DNA of 64,000 nt from assembly GCA_046153645.1 (NCBI GenBank), contig JBJXGI010000042.1, forward strand, positions 1 through 64,000, given 5' to 3'. Made by a program: the position numbers and the translations under genes. The stretch is from Elusimicrobiota bacterium. Lineage in GTDB: Bacteria > Elusimicrobiota > Elusimicrobia > F11. Below the pieces are notes generated by a model that was not told where the DNA came from, did not search any database, and saw only the letters and a list, made by a program, of their open reading frames with translations. This document shows positions 27,431-36,353 of the stretch, piece after piece (position 1 is the stretch's first letter; every line of letters starts with the position of its first letter).

Positions 27431-28582
27431 ATGACCTATTTAACACTCATTGGTGCATGGCTTGTCTTTTTAATAGTTTGTGGTGCTGCCCTCGAGTATT
27501 TCTGGGGAATAAGGAGCATTGGTTTTCTCAAACACGTTCTCCCAACTGAGTCAAACTACCCACGAATTTCTATTATTATTCCTGCTCGCAATGAAGAAAC
27601 GCATATAGAAGAAGCACTAAAATCTGTTCTTTCATTAGATTATCCAGCCTTAGAAATTATGGTGATTAATGATAGATCAACTGATAAAACAGGTGTCATT
27701 CTTGAAAAAATGGCCCACCAAAACTCGAGCTTAAAAGTAATCCATATTACCGATCTTCCCCAAAACTGGCTTGGCAAAAACCACGCTCTTTTTTTTGGCG
27801 CTCAAAAAGCCAACGGTGAATTTCTCCTTTTTGCAGACGCTGACATTATAATGGAACCATCCTTACTTAAAAAAGCCATCACCTATGTCCAATCTGAAAA
27901 AACGGACCATTTAACTTTGTTTCCAGATGTCAAAATGCCAGGGTTTTGGCTAAATCTTTTTACTGTTGGATTTTCTATTTTTCTTTGTTTATTTCTTAAA
28001 CCTTGGCGAGCCAATAACCCGAAAAGCAAAGCCTTTATTGGGATTGGGGCCTTTAACCTCATAAGAAAATCAATCTACGAAAAGATTGGAACACATGAAA
28101 AAATCCGCTTAAGGCCTGATGACGATATTATGTTAGGAAAGTTAGTTAAGAAAAATAATTTTAAGCAAAATGTCTTATTTGGCACGGACTTACTTTGTGT
28201 CGAATGGTACAGCTCTATTAAAGAACTGATCAATGGACTTATGAAAAATTCTTTTTCAGGGGTGAACTACAAATTATGGCTCCTTACTCTTGGTAGTTTG
28301 GCTCACATCATTCTTATTATTTGGCCATTTATCGCTGTTTTTATAACGACAGGGCGGTCTTTAATTTTATACCAACTAACCATTTTGTTCTTGGTAATGG
28401 TAGGAGCCCAACAAGCCTTATTAAATAAAAAAAATATATTTTACGGATTTGGCTTACCTTTGGCCTCAATTATGTTCTTATATATTATATGGAAGGCCGG
28501 CTTAAAGACCCTTAGACAAGGCGGCATTTTTTGGAGAGATACTTTTTATTCATTAGATGAACTTAAAAAGAACAATATTTAA
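27431..28582 (+). CDS. GT2 family glycosyltransferase, membrane anchored
   Basis: IIPARNEE, NDRSTD, WLGKNHAL, FADAD, DDIMLG; similar in pattern to HpnB/CrtQ-type enzymes. Confidence 0.85.
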   Translation: MTYLTLIGAWLVFLIVCGAALEYFWGIRSIGFLKHVLPTESNYPRISIIIPARNEETHIEEALKSVLSLDYPALEIMVINDRSTDKTGVILEKMAHQNSSLKVIHITDLPQNWLGKNHALFFGAQKANGEFLLFADADIIMEPSLLKKAITYVQSEKTDHLTLFPDVKMPGFWLNLFTVGFSIFLCLFLKPWRANNPKSKAFIGIGAFNLIRKSIYEKIGTHEKIRLRPDDDIMLGKLVKKNNFKQNVLFGTDLLCVEWYSSIKELINGLMKNSFSGVNYKLWLLTLGSLAHIILIIWPFIAVFITTGRSLILYQLTILFLVMVGAQQALLNKKNIFYGFGLPLASIMFLYIIWKAGLKTLRQGGIFWRDTFYSLDELKKNNI

Positions 28583-28583
28583 A

Positions 28584-29600
28584 CTAAATAGAACTGACTT
28601 GTACGAGTTGCTTACCAATATTGTCACCAGAAAACAATCCGATAAAAGCCTTGGGCGCGTTTTCTAAGCCCTGAATCATACTTTCCTTCGATTTAATTTT
28701 TCCTGACATAACTAAGTCTTCTAATTCATTCAACGCTTGTTCGTATTCATCCTGATAATCATGAACGAGAAAACCTTCCATTCTGGCTCGCTTAACCAAT
28801 AAATACAGGAGATTTCTTGGACCAAATTCGGTTTTTTCTCTATTTGCAATTGAAATCTGACCACAAATAATAATCCGAGCCTTCAAATTAATTTGAGTTA
28901 TAACAGCATCTGAAATTTCGCCGCCTACATTGTCAAAATAAATATCAACCCCTTGAGGACAATGGTCTTTTATTGACTTACGAATATTATCAGCTGTTTT
29001 ATAATTGAACGCGGCATCAAAGCCACATTCTTCCTTCAAAAATTTTATTTTAATATCTGATCCTGCAATTCCAACCACTTGACATCCAACCAGCTTCGCC
29101 AGTTGCCCTACAACAGAACCAACAGCCCCAGCCGCTCCTGAAATTAAAATTGTCTCTCCTTTTTTTGGTTGCCCAATTTTTTTAAGTGCAAAATAAGCGG
29201 TAAGCCCTGTCATTCCCAAAACACCCAAAGCCATTGACAACTGATTTTTGGGATAACTCAATTTACGCAAACCTTCCCCATTCGAAATAGCATAGTCCTG
29301 CCATCCCAACCGACCTGACACAATGTCACCTTCTTTGAATTTCAAATGTCGAGAATGAACAACCTGACCAACAACCCCACCTTCCAGAACTTCATTAATT
29401 TCTAATGGTTTTACATAAGAACGGACATTTCGCATTCGTCCGCGCATATAAGGATCAACAGAAAGAAAAATTGTTTTTACAAGAATTTCATTAATTTGGA
29501 GCTCTGGTACAGAAACCTGTGAGAACTCAAAATTTTCAACACTAGGGTTCCCCGTTGGCCTTTGTTTTAATCTCCATTGTCGATTAACAAGAGGTGTCAT
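28584..29600 (-). CDS. NADP-dependent alkenal/prostaglandin reductase family oxidoreductase
   Basis: LSVDPYMRGRM, GMTGLTAY, SGAAGAVGS, YFDNVGG, CGQIS. Confidence 0.92.
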   Translation of the reverse strand: MTPLVNRQWRLKQRPTGNPSVENFEFSQVSVPELQINEILVKTIFLSVDPYMRGRMRNVRSYVKPLEINEVLEGGVVGQVVHSRHLKFKEGDIVSGRLGWQDYAISNGEGLRKLSYPKNQLSMALGVLGMTGLTAYFALKKIGQPKKGETILISGAAGAVGSVVGQLAKLVGCQVVGIAGSDIKIKFLKEECGFDAAFNYKTADNIRKSIKDHCPQGVDIYFDNVGGEISDAVITQINLKARIIICGQISIANREKTEFGPRNLLYLLVKRARMEGFLVHDYQDEYEQALNELEDLVMSGKIKSKESMIQGLENAPKAFIGLFSGDNIGKQLVQVSSI

Positions 29601-29959
29601 GAGTCACGCAATAGTTTTTCTATTTGAGAAGGAAGACTTCCATCTGGATAAACCATAAATTCATCAATTAAATATTGCACAGAAATTTTTATTTCATTTT
29701 CATCAGAAATTCTTGATTTTTCTGAAATTTCTCTAAAATCTAATTTTCGAAATTTCCACACATACTTCCAACGATTGTGTGAATGCATAGGCGGGGCTCC
29801 TAAAAAAAGCGGGGCTGTTATACAAACTGAAAGATTTTTCCAGATTGTTAAAACAGCCCACGCTGACAAAGGAATTGATTCTTTTTTAATGTCGCTAAAA
29901 TCACGCTTATTTTTAAAATCTATTAAAAACCCAGACAAGCGTTCTTTAACAACGTCCAT
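29597..29959 (-). CDS. hypothetical protein, possible C-terminal winged helix
   Basis: ATG 4 nt after the upstream stop; ATGA overlap downstream; REISEKSRI...VQYLIDEFMVYPDG pattern. Confidence 0.55.
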   Translation of the reverse strand: MDVVKERLSGFLIDFKNKRDFSDIKKESIPLSAWAVLTIWKNLSVCITAPLFLGAPPMHSHNRWKYVWKFRKLDFREISEKSRISDENEIKISVQYLIDEFMVYPDGSLPSQIEKLLRDS

Positions 29960-29963
29960 TTTT

Positions 29964-30212
29964 TTATAGGAGAGGTTTAATCGTTTCCCAGTTTTGAACA
30001 ATAAAATTCACATCAGACAAAGTAAAACCTTTGGCCTTGCCCATTCTTTCTTCACCATCTTTGGTCGTATAAAGATTTCTTTTTTCTAATAAGGCCCCCG
30101 TGTCTTTACCATCCACAATCCAACGAACAATTCTCAATTGATTTGTGCCACGACCGCTTTCTTGAGACATTAAAACTTTGACAACATTACATTCGATATT
30201 TTTTTCTTCCAT
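29964..30212 (-). CDS. PC4/YdbC-like putative ssDNA-binding protein
   Basis: QLRIVRW....LEKR.....DG...GK.KGFTL.D pattern resembles the PC4/YdbC fold. Confidence 0.55.
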   Translation of the reverse strand: MEEKNIECNVVKVLMSQESGRGTNQLRIVRWIVDGKDTGALLEKRNLYTTKDGEERMGKAKGFTLSDVNFIVQNWETIKPLL

Positions 30213-30213
30213 T

Positions 30214-31038
30214 TTATTCTCCGTTTCTTGGGTTTAACCAATTTTCAATTTTTACAAAACATTCTTCTGCTAATTCCGCCTCAAAAAGCTCATGATCACC
30301 ATTTTCATATTCATAGAGGTTTTTATCTTGGGAACCAATTGTACTTAAAAAATCACGACTCACCTGCTCTGAAACCAAATGATCGTTGTGCCCATGAAAC
30401 AAAATCACCGGCATGAGAAGTTTAGAAGCATTTTCATAAATCTCTTCAACGGTTTTTTTGAATTCAACGCCCAAACGGGCCGAGGCTTTCGAATGATTGA
30501 GAGGATCTTTGGGCTTTTCATCAAAAGTCGAGTTAATCTTGTTTATTGGTTTTAATGGTAATTTTCTAGAAAAACGAGGGAAAATGACATTAAAAAATTT
30601 TGCCAAAACCCAAAATGATGAAGGAATATTTGGTTCAAACGCGGGACTTTCTAAAATGAGACCTTTAATAAGTTTTGGGAAATGAACACTTAAGTCTGTT
30701 GCAATAACTCCACCCAAACTATGACCAGTCAGAAAAAAAGGGCCCTCATCAAGAACAATTTCTTTCCTAAAAATTTCAAAATCTTTCCTAAAAACTTCCC
30801 ATGAATCAACATAACCGCGCTGTCCCTGAGATCGTCCATGACCTCTCAGATCATAGGAGTAAAAACTCCATCCTCGTTGTGAGAAGTACTCGCCAGCAAG
30901 AGTGAACCGACCACTATGCTCACCGAGCCCATGAATAGCAAGAATGTTTCCTTTTTTTATTGGAGAGGCTGCTAACCACTGCTGAGAGAAGAGTCCAATT
31001 CCTTGAAAACCTTTAAACAATTTTTCACTATGCAGCAT
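30214..31038 (-). CDS. alpha/beta hydrolase (lysophospholipase/monoacylglycerol lipase family)
   Basis: HGLGEHSGR, DLRGHGRS.G.RG, GHSLGG, C-terminal D and H of the triad. Confidence 0.9.
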   Translation of the reverse strand: MLHSEKLFKGFQGIGLFSQQWLAASPIKKGNILAIHGLGEHSGRFTLAGEYFSQRGWSFYSYDLRGHGRSQGQRGYVDSWEVFRKDFEIFRKEIVLDEGPFFLTGHSLGGVIATDLSVHFPKLIKGLILESPAFEPNIPSSFWVLAKFFNVIFPRFSRKLPLKPINKINSTFDEKPKDPLNHSKASARLGVEFKKTVEEIYENASKLLMPVILFHGHNDHLVSEQVSRDFLSTIGSQDKNLYEYENGDHELFEAELAEECFVKIENWLNPRNGE

Positions 31039-31056
31039 GAGACGGCTATGGAAATG

Positions 31057-32076
31057 TTAGTTGGACCATTCTTTTAAAACACCACGCGTATCAACATGAA
31101 CAAAGGGCCCATGAGAATGAGTGGCGCGGTAATGACCAATTCCACCTTGCAATGGTTTAAAAGAAGGATCCTGATTAAGCGCGAGAACTATTTGAGAGAG
31201 AATTTCAGCGTCTTTTTGATTTACTTGTCCATCATGATTTAAATCGTCCATGTTTCCATCTCGATTATTATCAATATAAACATCGGCTGCATCACCAAAC
31301 ATATGCCGACTCAACTTTGCATTCCGAAGCGATCGATTATAATGAGGCGTTCTAAAACCACTCATGACAGTTAATTTTTCACAAGGAATGCCTTCCAGAT
31401 TAACTGTCTCAAGAATGTATTCGAGTTTAAAAATAAGCTTCTCTTTTAATGCCACATATTTAGGATATCGTCCTGCCTGTTTACAAATAAATTCACCAAT
31501 AGAAAAATGGGGCGAAACAAGCGTATTTTTATTTTCGGGAGTCACTTCAACAAACCCATCCGGATACGGATACAGATTTTTTTTATCTTTTGAAACAATG
31601 GGATATGACCCGATTTTATATCCATTCAACAATCCATTTTTGATTTTTTTCGCTGGGACGAGAATAAAAGCATTAATTTGAATTTTTTCTGTGCTGTCTG
31701 TTTTTCCAATCACGATTGTGGCAATACCCGATTGTTTAGGTGCGGTCCAACTCCATAAAGAAGGAGAATGATAATCAACTTGACCAAAATCAGCCTGAAA
31801 GGAAAAAAACTGGTCTGAATTTGCGTGAGGAATATCAATGAGAACTGTTTCTCCTGGTAAAACAAATAGAGGCGCCACTTTCCAATTGGTTACTTCATTT
31901 TTATAACGAACGGAAAAATTGGCTTTTTCAGTATCAAAAGATTTAATCATTGAATCAGGAATAACAGCAGTACCAAACTGAGAAGAGAATGGAATAAGGA
32001 CAGTTAAAATCATTAAACCAAAAGCTTTAAGATTGTTTTTGAAACTTGTATTCAATTTAAAAAAATCATTTTTCAT
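31057..32076 (-). CDS. peptidase M15A-domain secreted protein
   Basis: SPHFSIGEF.CK, SGFRTP.YN, SRHMFGDAAD, FVHVDTRG. Confidence 0.85.
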   Translation of the reverse strand: MKNDFFKLNTSFKNNLKAFGLMILTVLIPFSSQFGTAVIPDSMIKSFDTEKANFSVRYKNEVTNWKVAPLFVLPGETVLIDIPHANSDQFFSFQADFGQVDYHSPSLWSWTAPKQSGIATIVIGKTDSTEKIQINAFILVPAKKIKNGLLNGYKIGSYPIVSKDKKNLYPYPDGFVEVTPENKNTLVSPHFSIGEFICKQAGRYPKYVALKEKLIFKLEYILETVNLEGIPCEKLTVMSGFRTPHYNRSLRNAKLSRHMFGDAADVYIDNNRDGNMDDLNHDGQVNQKDAEILSQIVLALNQDPSFKPLQGGIGHYRATHSHGPFVHVDTRGVLKEWSN

Positions 32077-32078
32077 TT

Positions 32079-33710
32079 TTAATATTTCTGTAACGCTTGA
32101 ATAAGAGTTTGATCTCTCCCATATAAATCAGTTCTAAACTGAACATTTCCGTGTTCATCTGCCCAGGCAGTCCAATATAGCAAGTGAATCCGGATCGGAC
32201 TAGGGATCAGGATAGTTTGATTGGCGCGTTTTTTCAAGGCGTTTTTTATACTTTCTTCACTTTCAAAAGGTGTACCTGATAACAAATAGCTGGCCAATTC
32301 AACAGGTTTTTCAATTCTGATACAGCCTGAACTGAAATCTCGTATTGTTTTTTGAAAAAGTGAACGTGAGGGCGTATCATGAAGGTAAACATCAAACTGG
32401 TTAGGAAAATGAAACTTTATTTGCCCCAATGCATTTTGAGCTCCTGGTTGCTGCCTGAAATGATAAGGCATTGCTTCCGGATCTACCTTACTCCAATCAA
32501 CAGAAGTATGATCAATTTTAGTGGCCTTTTCACCATGATGACTAAAAACTTCAAAACCATATTTTGTTAAATAATCAGGTTCCTCGGCAATGTGCTCAAG
32601 AATATCCACCTTGGCTATTTTTTTAGGAACGTTCCATGGGGGGTTAAGAACGATATACGTCATGGTGCTACTGAAAACAGGTGTGCGCCTCATTTTTCTT
32701 CCCACAATCACTTTCATATTAATTGCTTCGTGATCATTATCATAAAGCTGTAATCGAAAATCTGGGATATTAACAAAGATATGTCGGCGTCCTAAATCAG
32801 CGGGGAGCCATCGACATCTTTCTAAATTTGCTTCTAACTGAGCAATCCGAACTTCAACAGGAATTCGAAGGACATCTGAAGTTGATTTGCCTAAAATTCC
32901 ATCTTCATCAAGCCCGTGTCTTTTCTGAAAGTTACCAAGTGCTCGCTCTAAAGGAGCGTCAAATATTTTTTTCTCGTTAAATCTCAGATTTAAATCCCCA
33001 GTGAGAATCAACATCTTCCTTAATAAAGGAACTCTATCATCAATATCTCCCTTGCGAATTGGCCTTCCTTCCGGAATTTTTGGCCATCCTCCTTTTTCTT
33101 GCAGTGTTTTGTATTTAGATAAAACACTTTTGAGACGTTGGTAAAATGGGTGGGATGGCAATAAATCTCTCAACATGGTTCGAAGATTATCATGCTTAAG
33201 TGCGGCTTCAAGAATATTGGGTAAATCACCCGTACGTCGATTGGCAAACCATTCGTTATCTACTTTATAGGGGTTCAAGCGCCCAGACAACAAATGAGAA
33301 CCATAGGTTAAAAAACTATCTGTGAGAAAAATTTCAAGCTTGAGCTGCACAGATATATTATCTGTGTTAGATTTCTTATATTGCTCTATTAATTCTTGTA
33401 GTAAATCGACTCGGTAATCATGAGGCCGTAACCCTTCACGATCTGATTGTCGCAAAGCACGCAACAATTCATTAGCACCAGAATAAATTTTCCCCTCATT
33501 AATCCAAGCCGAGTGATATTCTCTGTTTTTATAAAACTGCTCCAACAGTAAAGATGAATAAGGAGACGCTTCTAATATTTGCCCCTGCTTTTTAAGAGAT
33601 TGATCAAAAAAAAGTTTTAAATTATCAGAAATTTCTGTACTGGCAATACCAGGAACAACTTGTGAAACAAGTAATATTAAAAAGAATAGTTTTTGAGATA
33701 GTCGCTTCAT
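32079..33710 (-). CDS. L,D-transpeptidase, YcbB/LdtD type, with PG-binding domain
   Basis: FQKRHGL..DG.LG, NLERCRWLP, VIVG...RTP, YLHDTP....F....R.FSSGCIR. Confidence 0.92.
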   Translation of the reverse strand: MKRLSQKLFFLILLVSQVVPGIASTEISDNLKLFFDQSLKKQGQILEASPYSSLLLEQFYKNREYHSAWINEGKIYSGANELLRALRQSDREGLRPHDYRVDLLQELIEQYKKSNTDNISVQLKLEIFLTDSFLTYGSHLLSGRLNPYKVDNEWFANRRTGDLPNILEAALKHDNLRTMLRDLLPSHPFYQRLKSVLSKYKTLQEKGGWPKIPEGRPIRKGDIDDRVPLLRKMLILTGDLNLRFNEKKIFDAPLERALGNFQKRHGLDEDGILGKSTSDVLRIPVEVRIAQLEANLERCRWLPADLGRRHIFVNIPDFRLQLYDNDHEAINMKVIVGRKMRRTPVFSSTMTYIVLNPPWNVPKKIAKVDILEHIAEEPDYLTKYGFEVFSHHGEKATKIDHTSVDWSKVDPEAMPYHFRQQPGAQNALGQIKFHFPNQFDVYLHDTPSRSLFQKTIRDFSSGCIRIEKPVELASYLLSGTPFESEESIKNALKKRANQTILIPSPIRIHLLYWTAWADEHGNVQFRTDLYGRDQTLIQALQKY

Positions 33711-33758
33711 AAAGAACTTTAAATATGAGTGAAATAATGAAAAAGAAACAGGGCAATA

Positions 33759-34604
33759 TTAAAATTTTCCAATAATAGAAAGGTGCCGACCTGTTTTTCC
33801 TTTTGGACGCGTGGGGTGAAGTCCTTCAAGTCGGTGAGAAAAAAATAAGTTGTTTTCATGTATTGTGCAAAATCCTGATTGAAAAATTTGAGAAGGTTTA
33901 ATGCCAACTTTCAAAAGTTGCAACATATTAGCCTTTGGCACATCCAAAAAATAACGACCGTCGCTTTTTATTCTTATAAATAAATGATTATCAGCTATTT
34001 TTGATTCAAATTTATTTTTAACATCAGATCCTACTTCATAACATTGACCACAAGCACTAGGCCCTAAAGCAGCTATCATATCATCAGTTGAAGCTCCGAG
34101 GGAAACTAACTGATGCACTGCTTTTAAAGTAATTTCCTGAAGAGTGCCTTGCCAACCAGCATGAATAGAACAAAATAATCCGGATTTTCTATCTCCAATT
34201 AAAATTGATTGACAATCAGCTGTTTTAACGCCTAAAATTATATTTTTTAAATTTGAGAATAGGGCATCTCCTAAATTTTCTTCAGATGAAATTGAAGAAC
34301 AATCAACCTTATTAATTATGTCTGAATGGACTTGTTTATTACAATAAAGATGTGCAGGTTCCTTATCAATTGCTTTTAAAAACCTTCGCCGATTTTCGAT
34401 TACATTTTCTTGAGTATCGTCTTCGATAAAAGCGAGATTGAGAGAATTTTCAGGAAACGGGCTTACACCCGAAAATCGGGTGCTAAAGGCATTAATAAAA
34501 CCATCTTTTTCAAGAGGCAAACAAACCAAATATTCTATGGGTACGTTCCCAAAAGAAGTCTCGACTTCTTTTTTACGCCATGAAAAAGAAGAAAGATCGG
34601 CCAC
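33759..34604 (-). CDS. pgeF: PgeF/YfiH family protein
   Basis: QVHS, TADCQSIL, HAGWQG, GPSACGQCYEVG, FFSHR. Confidence 0.88.
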   Translation of the reverse strand: MADLSSFSWRKKEVETSFGNVPIEYLVCLPLEKDGFINAFSTRFSGVSPFPENSLNLAFIEDDTQENVIENRRRFLKAIDKEPAHLYCNKQVHSDIINKVDCSSISSEENLGDALFSNLKNIILGVKTADCQSILIGDRKSGLFCSIHAGWQGTLQEITLKAVHQLVSLGASTDDMIAALGPSACGQCYEVGSDVKNKFESKIADNHLFIRIKSDGRYFLDVPKANMLQLLKVGIKPSQIFQSGFCTIHENNLFFSHRLEGLHPTRPKGKTGRHLSIIGKF

Positions 34605-34610
34605 AAAAAA

Positions 34611-36287
34611 TTAATGGACTAATTTTTTATATCGAATTCGGTGAGGTTGAGCCGCCTGAGAACCCAATCTTTCAATTCGTTTTCGTTCGTAGTCATTATA
34701 ATTACCTTCACTCCACACGACCTGACTGTCTCCCTCAAAGGCCATAATATGGGTGGCGATACGATCCAAAAACCATCGATCGTGACTAATGACAATGGTA
34801 CTTCCAGCAAATTCAACAATCGCATCTTCAAGAGCGCGCAAGGTATTAACATCAAGATCATTACTGGGTTCGTCAAGAAGGAGCAAATTCCCTCCGGACT
34901 TCAACATTTTAGCCAGGTGAACACGGTTTCTTTCTCCGCCAGAAAGTGAACCAACATGCTTTTGCTGATCTTGACCAGAAAAATTAAAACGCGCACAATA
35001 AGCTCGTGAATTAATTTCTTTTTTCCCTAAAGTGACAACATCCAATCCACCAGAAATTTCTTCCCACACCGTTTTTTCGGAATTCAAAGCATCACGCATT
35101 TGATCAACATAAGAGATTTTCACTGTTTCACCAATACGAAGATCTCCTTGGGTTGGTTTAACTTGTCCGGTCAATAATTTAAAAAGCGTAGTTTTTCCTG
35201 CTCCATTAGGCCCAATGACGCCAACAATGGCTCCTGGTGGAATAGTAAAATTCACATTTTCAAAAAGGATGTTATCTCCAAAAGACATTCCTAAATTTTT
35301 AGCCTCGGCTACAATATCACCCAGACGAGGTCCGGGTGGTATGTAAATTTCTAATTCCTCAGCCAATTTAACAGGATCCTGCTCCAATAATTCTTGGTAT
35401 CTAACAACCCGCGCTTTCCCTTTGGCTTGACGACCACTCGGACTCATTCTGATCCATTCTAATTCTCGGGCCAGTGTTTTCTGACGCTGGGTTTCAGATT
35501 TTTCTTCTTGTGAGAGTCTTTTTTGTTTTTGGTCTAACCATGAAGAGTAATTACCTTCCCAAGGAATTCCCATACCACGATCCAACTCCAATATCCACCC
35601 AGCAATATTGTCTAAGAAATATCGATCATGGGTAATTGCGACAACTGTGCCTTTATATTCTTTGAGAAAATTCTCTAACCAAGCAACACTTTCCGCATCA
35701 AGATGATTCGTGGGTTCATCTAATAGTAAAATATCAGGCGACTGCAGAAGCAAACGACACAAAGCCACCCGTCGACGTTCACCTCCAGATAAGCTAGAAA
35801 CAGAAGAATCACCGGCGGGACATCTCAAGGCATCCATAGCAATTTCCAAAGTTCGGTCTAACTCCCACCCATTTAAGGCTTCAATTTTTTCTTGAATTTC
35901 TGACTGACGGTTTAATAATTTTTCCATGGTATTGGGATCCATGTCATCGGTAAACTTTCCACTAATTTCTTCATATTGTTTCAGCAAATCTGTTACTTCT
36001 TTTAGACCCTGCGCAATATTATCGCGAACACTTAATTTTGGATCTAATTCGGGCTCTTGTGACAAATATCCAATAGAAACCTTATTTCCAGGAAAGGCTT
36101 CGCCAGTAAATTCTTTTTCAATTCCTGCGATAATTTTGAGCAATGTACTTTTCCCGGCCCCATTTAAACCCAAAACACCAATTTTCGCTCCATAATAAAA
36201 CGACAAACTAATATCTTTCAAAACTTGTTTTTTAGGCGGATAGGTTTTGCTCAGGCGAATCATTGTATAGACAAAATCTTTAGACAT
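34611..36287 (-). CDS. ettA: energy-dependent translational throttle ABC-F protein
   Basis: SLSFYYGAKIGVLGLNGAGKS, two ABC domains, GIPWEGNYSSWL, PHRIRYKKL. Confidence 0.96.
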   Translation of the reverse strand: MSKDFVYTMIRLSKTYPPKKQVLKDISLSFYYGAKIGVLGLNGAGKSTLLKIIAGIEKEFTGEAFPGNKVSIGYLSQEPELDPKLSVRDNIAQGLKEVTDLLKQYEEISGKFTDDMDPNTMEKLLNRQSEIQEKIEALNGWELDRTLEIAMDALRCPAGDSSVSSLSGGERRRVALCRLLLQSPDILLLDEPTNHLDAESVAWLENFLKEYKGTVVAITHDRYFLDNIAGWILELDRGMGIPWEGNYSSWLDQKQKRLSQEEKSETQRQKTLARELEWIRMSPSGRQAKGKARVVRYQELLEQDPVKLAEELEIYIPPGPRLGDIVAEAKNLGMSFGDNILFENVNFTIPPGAIVGVIGPNGAGKTTLFKLLTGQVKPTQGDLRIGETVKISYVDQMRDALNSEKTVWEEISGGLDVVTLGKKEINSRAYCARFNFSGQDQQKHVGSLSGGERNRVHLAKMLKSGGNLLLLDEPSNDLDVNTLRALEDAIVEFAGSTIVISHDRWFLDRIATHIMAFEGDSQVVWSEGNYNDYERKRIERLGSQAAQPHRIRYKKLVH

Positions 36288-36353
36288 CTTGGTTCCTCCA
36301 GAAACTGATAAAATTCATGGGCACCATTTTACCTATTCAGGAAGGGAACCCAA

